Positions 29,097-32,247 of a stretch of 32,247 nucleotides of DNA are shown piece after piece. The position numbers were made by a program, and so were the translations under genes. The notes under the pieces were generated by a model. That model made no database searches. It was not told the origin of the DNA and was given only the letters and a program-made list of their open reading frames with translations. Location: the NCBI GenBank assembly GCA_964487115.1, contig CAZAPD010000027.1, positions 1 to 32,247 on the forward strand, read 5' to 3'. Each line of letters opens with the position of its first letter. Position 1 is the first letter of the stretch. This DNA comes from an uncultured Thermococci archaeon. GTDB taxonomy: Archaea; Methanobacteriota_B; Thermococci; Thermococcales; Thermococcaceae.

Positions 29097-29230
29097 CTGA
29101 CTTCTTCCTTTTGAATGATTCCAATAAAGAACCCTTACGCAAAGGACAGGGGAGTTCTCATCAAGAAGATTCTCGAAGATGACTCTTCGAGTCCCCGGAA
29201 GGCTTTCAATCCATCAAAGCTTGAAGTTAT
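29097..29230 (-). ncRNA. Candidate omegaRNA/reRNA scaffold of the tnpB element
   Basis: Position between tnpB 3' end and right end; perfect hairpin CTCGAAGA-tgac-TCTTCGAG (29172-29191) and a second imperfect stem at ~29129-29158; expression unknown. Confidence 0.4.
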
Positions 29231-29486
29231 AAGGCTCCAATAAGGTCAGCATTCATAACGATGCTTTCCCTGTGGCATTCGAATAGACCACGAGAGCAAC
29301 TCGAAACTCCAACCCGTAGAGCCTCTTAACCATCCCAAACGGCAGTGTTAATTTTTTGGCTTTTTCGTGCACTCTCCCAAGCTCCCTTCTCGGTTCTCGT
29401 GAAGTCTAAGGCCGCTTGGACTAACTGGAAGAGGGTCTTTACCGCTCTTTTGAAGGCGGGAGTTTTATGGTTACTGCCCGCTTCAT
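29227..29486 (-). pseudogene. tnpB: tnpB remnant
   Basis: MKRAVTIKLPPSKER* (29486-29439), shifted frame KTLFQLVQAALDFTRTEKGA, and RGLFECHRESIVMNADLIGAL* (29292-29227; zinc-ribbon end plus RuvC-III NAD motif). Confidence 0.82.
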
Positions 29487-29619
29487 CCCAGAGTACGGTC
29501 AAATAAGCAGAAAAGTATATTAACCCGAAGCATGTAACATGTAAAAATAAAGATAGGTAGAGAGCAAAGCCGATCTCGCTTTCCTTTTCTGCGAGAAGGT
29601 TTTGTTTGGTGGTGATGAG

Positions 29620-30000
29620 ATGAAAAAATATCTGATAGCAATGGGATTTTTTATCAGTACATTACCCGGAGCACTATGTCAGGAGCGGGGGGATTATTTA
29701 ACAGGATTTCATGTTACTGGCTCATTAGTCGGCCTTTTACTACTCCTCGGATTCCTGATTCTGCTCTGGATTCTCAGAAAGATTATCATAGTCGGAGTAA
29801 CAGCCCTAATCCTCGGCGGTGTTGGCTATCTAATAGGTTCAATGTTCCTTCCTGAGTTTGCAGCATACCTCAGTGTGAGCTTTTTCTTCCTCGGCCTCTG
29901 GATTTCACTAAAGATGCTAAAGAAACAGGAAGGAAACATCGCTGTAGTTAGAAGCTCAATGGATGAAGACGATGAATGGGAATGGGATGATGAGGAATGA
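29620..30000 (+). CDS. Membrane protein of unknown function with acidic C-terminal tail
   Basis: ATG 29620 after GGTGGTGA RBS; signal-like N-terminus, three TM segments, ends MDEDDEWEWDDEE. Confidence 0.8.
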   Translation: MKKYLIAMGFFISTLPGALCQERGDYLTGFHVTGSLVGLLLLLGFLILLWILRKIIIVGVTALILGGVGYLIGSMFLPEFAAYLSVSFFFLGLWISLKMLKKQEGNIAVVRSSMDEDDEWEWDDEE

Positions 30001-31862
30001 AAAGAAAAATGTGGTTTGTTATTCTTACAGGACTGCTGATCATGCAACTTCCTCAGATGCTGGCTGATATAGACTTCAGCAAATACTTTCCAACTAACAA
30101 TGAATTCCAGAGCATGAACCTCTACGGAGTGAAAATGTACGACAGCCATGGATCCAGGAACTTTTATGAGAGGAGGTACTACCATGGCACATACAACGCT
30201 CCTGACAGCCCGCTGGTAACGATAGTCATCGGTGTAATCCATACATCAGAGACAGGGCTCGATGCCAGCTCATACTCAAGCTCAGGGTATCAGTGCTCTG
30301 TTAGTGAAAGGGCTTACGAATGCACCCTGGTTGAAAAAAACTATGCCGCCCAGTGGAACTCCAAGGAGTATCAGTATAGCTCCCACTACCAAGCTGAGAA
30401 GATTATCGGAGGAGAGAGATGCGCAAACAACGCCTCAAATTTCTGCTCATCGAATTCATCAATGTTCGTGGTTAAAATTCAAATCAACAGTGCATATAAC
30501 ACCACAAATGTGATTCCAAGCCTTGGCAGAGCTGTAATGAACTTGGTCTCTTCAAAGGTCTCCGGAAGTTACAGAGGATCTGCTCCCCAGATAGAAATAC
30601 TCTCGCCAAAAGATGGAGAAGTTATCTATTTCGAACCCGAAAAAGACGTTGTTTTTACAATCAAAGTCAAAGTTACAGACGATGATCTAACTTATGCAGG
30701 AGCACACTACGAAAGCGGAAATCCAAAGCCAACAATGGTCGGTGGAGAGCTTGAGCCGAAGCTGGGTTCAAAGGGTGGAACTGGCTCACGAGTTGTAATC
30801 CTAAAACCGGATGAAGTTGCAGAGGGCAAAGCCACGATAAAGGCATATGCCAGGGATTCAACAGGGAATAATGTCGAGAAGAGCATAACAATATACCTCA
30901 AAGAGAAAAAGCCAGCCCAGAGCTCCCCTACAACTTCATCCACGACCAGAACTGAATCCATGAGCCAATCCACAAGCTCAAGCTCTGCCTCAACCTCCAC
31001 AGGCATTCTCAACAAGTTGAAAAGTCTCACTGGGAAAAAGCAAACAGCAGGAGATGCCTCAGGGTTTAAGGAACCACCGGAGAAGATAAAGGTCAATGGA
31101 AAATCGCTGAGCAGTGAAGCAAAGACAAGGATGGCGAAAACTCAAGAAACCATTAAAGACATAGGTAGGAAAGCGGGTCTTGAGGTTATTGAGGTAAAAA
31201 CTCCCTACGGAAAGGACGTTAAGGTTCTCCAGAAGGATGAAAACATCAAGGCTGAGAAAGGCTCTTCACTTTGGTTTAAACTCAAATATTATGGAAACAA
31301 GTACGGCCTTGATAAAGTCGTTGATTCAGCCGCTGACTCATTGGACGGGGTGGTGAGCAAGTATTTTCCATCCCCATTTGGTCTCTTCAAAGACTACGTT
31401 AAAGCATACAAGGATTCAGGACTCTTCCAGGGAGAGGACGCCGTAAAGAAGACCGCAAAAGATCTGCATGTGGATAAGAGAAGTGCAGAAATCTACAATG
31501 ATATGAGCGGCATTGAAAAAAGAGAGCTTGCAATTTCGCCATACAAGAATACCCTGCCCTCCACTCCTGTCACCAAACCAATAGAATTCACAATAAATAT
31601 GTTAGGAACCGGATTCAAAAAATGCCTGGCACAGGATTATGAGTGGGAGTTTAAAAAGACGGCTGAGAGGGCGATAATGTTCAAGAAAGCAGGAATGAAG
31701 TACAGGGACATCATTCAGAGAACAATTGCAGATGTTGAAGAGGAGACAAGTCAGAGTCACAAGGTTCAAACAATGAATGCTCAATCAAAGGGGGATTTCA
31801 GAGATCAGGAAACAAGAATAAGGTACTACCTAAACAAGCTCTACGAGGAGGGTAAGATATGA
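29997..31862 (+). CDS. Secreted multidomain protein (Cys-containing N-domain, Ig-like domain, S/T linker, basic helical C-domain)
   Basis: MKRKMWFVILTGLLIMQ signal; APQIEILSPKDGE...FTIKVKVTDDD...IKAYARDSTGNNVEKSITIYL Ig-like; SSPTTSSTT...SSSSASTST linker; ATGA overlaps at both ends. Confidence 0.8.
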   Translation: MKRKMWFVILTGLLIMQLPQMLADIDFSKYFPTNNEFQSMNLYGVKMYDSHGSRNFYERRYYHGTYNAPDSPLVTIVIGVIHTSETGLDASSYSSSGYQCSVSERAYECTLVEKNYAAQWNSKEYQYSSHYQAEKIIGGERCANNASNFCSSNSSMFVVKIQINSAYNTTNVIPSLGRAVMNLVSSKVSGSYRGSAPQIEILSPKDGEVIYFEPEKDVVFTIKVKVTDDDLTYAGAHYESGNPKPTMVGGELEPKLGSKGGTGSRVVILKPDEVAEGKATIKAYARDSTGNNVEKSITIYLKEKKPAQSSPTTSSTTRTESMSQSTSSSSASTSTGILNKLKSLTGKKQTAGDASGFKEPPEKIKVNGKSLSSEAKTRMAKTQETIKDIGRKAGLEVIEVKTPYGKDVKVLQKDENIKAEKGSSLWFKLKYYGNKYGLDKVVDSAADSLDGVVSKYFPSPFGLFKDYVKAYKDSGLFQGEDAVKKTAKDLHVDKRSAEIYNDMSGIEKRELAISPYKNTLPSTPVTKPIEFTINMLGTGFKKCLAQDYEWEFKKTAERAIMFKKAGMKYRDIIQRTIADVEEETSQSHKVQTMNAQSKGDFRDQETRIRYYLNKLYEEGKI

Positions 31863-32247
31863 AGAAGTTCCTTCTTATCATGATCATCCTTCTCATAGCT
31901 GGAGGGTGGCTGTATTTACAGAAAATCCCTCTCCCCACCTCTAACGACGACGCAGCAGGTCTTCGGGGAGAACTCGGTTCAATGGGATTGAATAAAACAT
32001 ACGTCTCAGTCTCTTCAGGGGAAACCCTGATAAAGTTTGAAGCCCCTGCTGTTGATAAGAATCTCGCAAGTTTAACCTATGCTATCGCCCAGAAGGCATA
32101 TGATAGAACTTCAGCCAAAAAGATAAGGGTGGAGGCATATTATCTGGGAGAGCCCATTCTAAGACTGAGCGTTGAAAATGGCAACTTCAACAATTCGGTT
32201 TTTGAAGATATCCGACGACCGGAGTTCAAAATAGAGAGTGACTTAGG
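31859..32247 (+). CDS. N-terminally anchored/secreted protein, 5' part (runs off window)
   Basis: Not in ORF track; MKKFLLIMIILLIAGGWLYLQKIPLPTSNDDAAGLRGELGSMGLNKTYVSVSSGETLIKFEAP...KIESDL, open to window end; ATGA overlap with previous gene. Confidence 0.8.
   Translation, partial: MKKFLLIMIILLIAGGWLYLQKIPLPTSNDDAAGLRGELGSMGLNKTYVSVSSGETLIKFEAPAVDKNLASLTYAIAQKAYDRTSAKKIRVEAYYLGEPILRLSVENGNFNNSVFEDIRRPEFKIESDL

Larger units (their letters stand above)
29097..29501 (-). mobile_element. Degenerate, internally deleted tnpB-only element (IS200/IS605 or IS607 superfamily)
   Basis: TnpB-like fragments on minus strand, then hairpins and a terminal AGGAAGAAGTCAG resembling the GAGGAGGTCA-type right end of archaeal tnpB elements. 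Confidence 0.8.

Noticed and set aside
29084..29523. GTATATTAA on both sides of the tnpB remnant as a target-site duplication
   Set aside because: Copies do not abut the inferred ends, both look like TATA boxes, and these IS families do not normally make TSDs
30915..31000. Low-complexity S/T-coding stretch as a tandem repeat
   Set aside because: Protein linker with no regular nucleotide repeat unit
1..32247. CRISPR array, tRNA, rRNA or box C/D sRNA
   Set aside because: No repeat-spacer periodicity, cloverleaf, or convincing C/D box pair found by eye in the intergenic regions; a covariance-model scan would be needed to exclude small RNAs

Overview
Archaeal chromosomal segment, almost certainly Thermococcales (GGAGGTGA-type RBSs, BRE/TATA promoters, CGP-CTERM protein, a perfect Thermococcales glycolytic motif). 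Left to right: 5' part of an RlmD-like RNA m5U methyltransferase; a vapBC pair (antitoxin missing from the ORF track); a frameshifted glyoxylate reductase; a membrane protein, DUF72 and diphthamide synthase; di-myo-inositol-phosphate (DIP) biosynthesis genes (IPCT/DIPPS and inositol-1-phosphate synthase) separated by an oppositely oriented 4-gene CUT1 ABC importer; wHTH-pyrF-PUA-ribL; a cdrS-ftsZ2-parA-small ORF operon; cgi121, aminotransferase, GDT1, MFS; a secreted S16 protease; USP-ArsB/NhaD-USP; an ArsR-type regulator with a small membrane protein; DUF257; a TGM-controlled membrane-anchored GH13 CGTase/amylase; a PH+SHOCT protein; a ~400 bp internally deleted tnpB element that retains its structured right end; and the start of an uncharacterised operon of membrane/secreted proteins. 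No rRNA, tRNA or CRISPR array was seen. The best candidates for something new are the ABC importer embedded among the DIP genes, the tnpB remnant with a possible omegaRNA, and the unknown exported-protein operon. All family assignments come from motif recognition by eye, not database searches.
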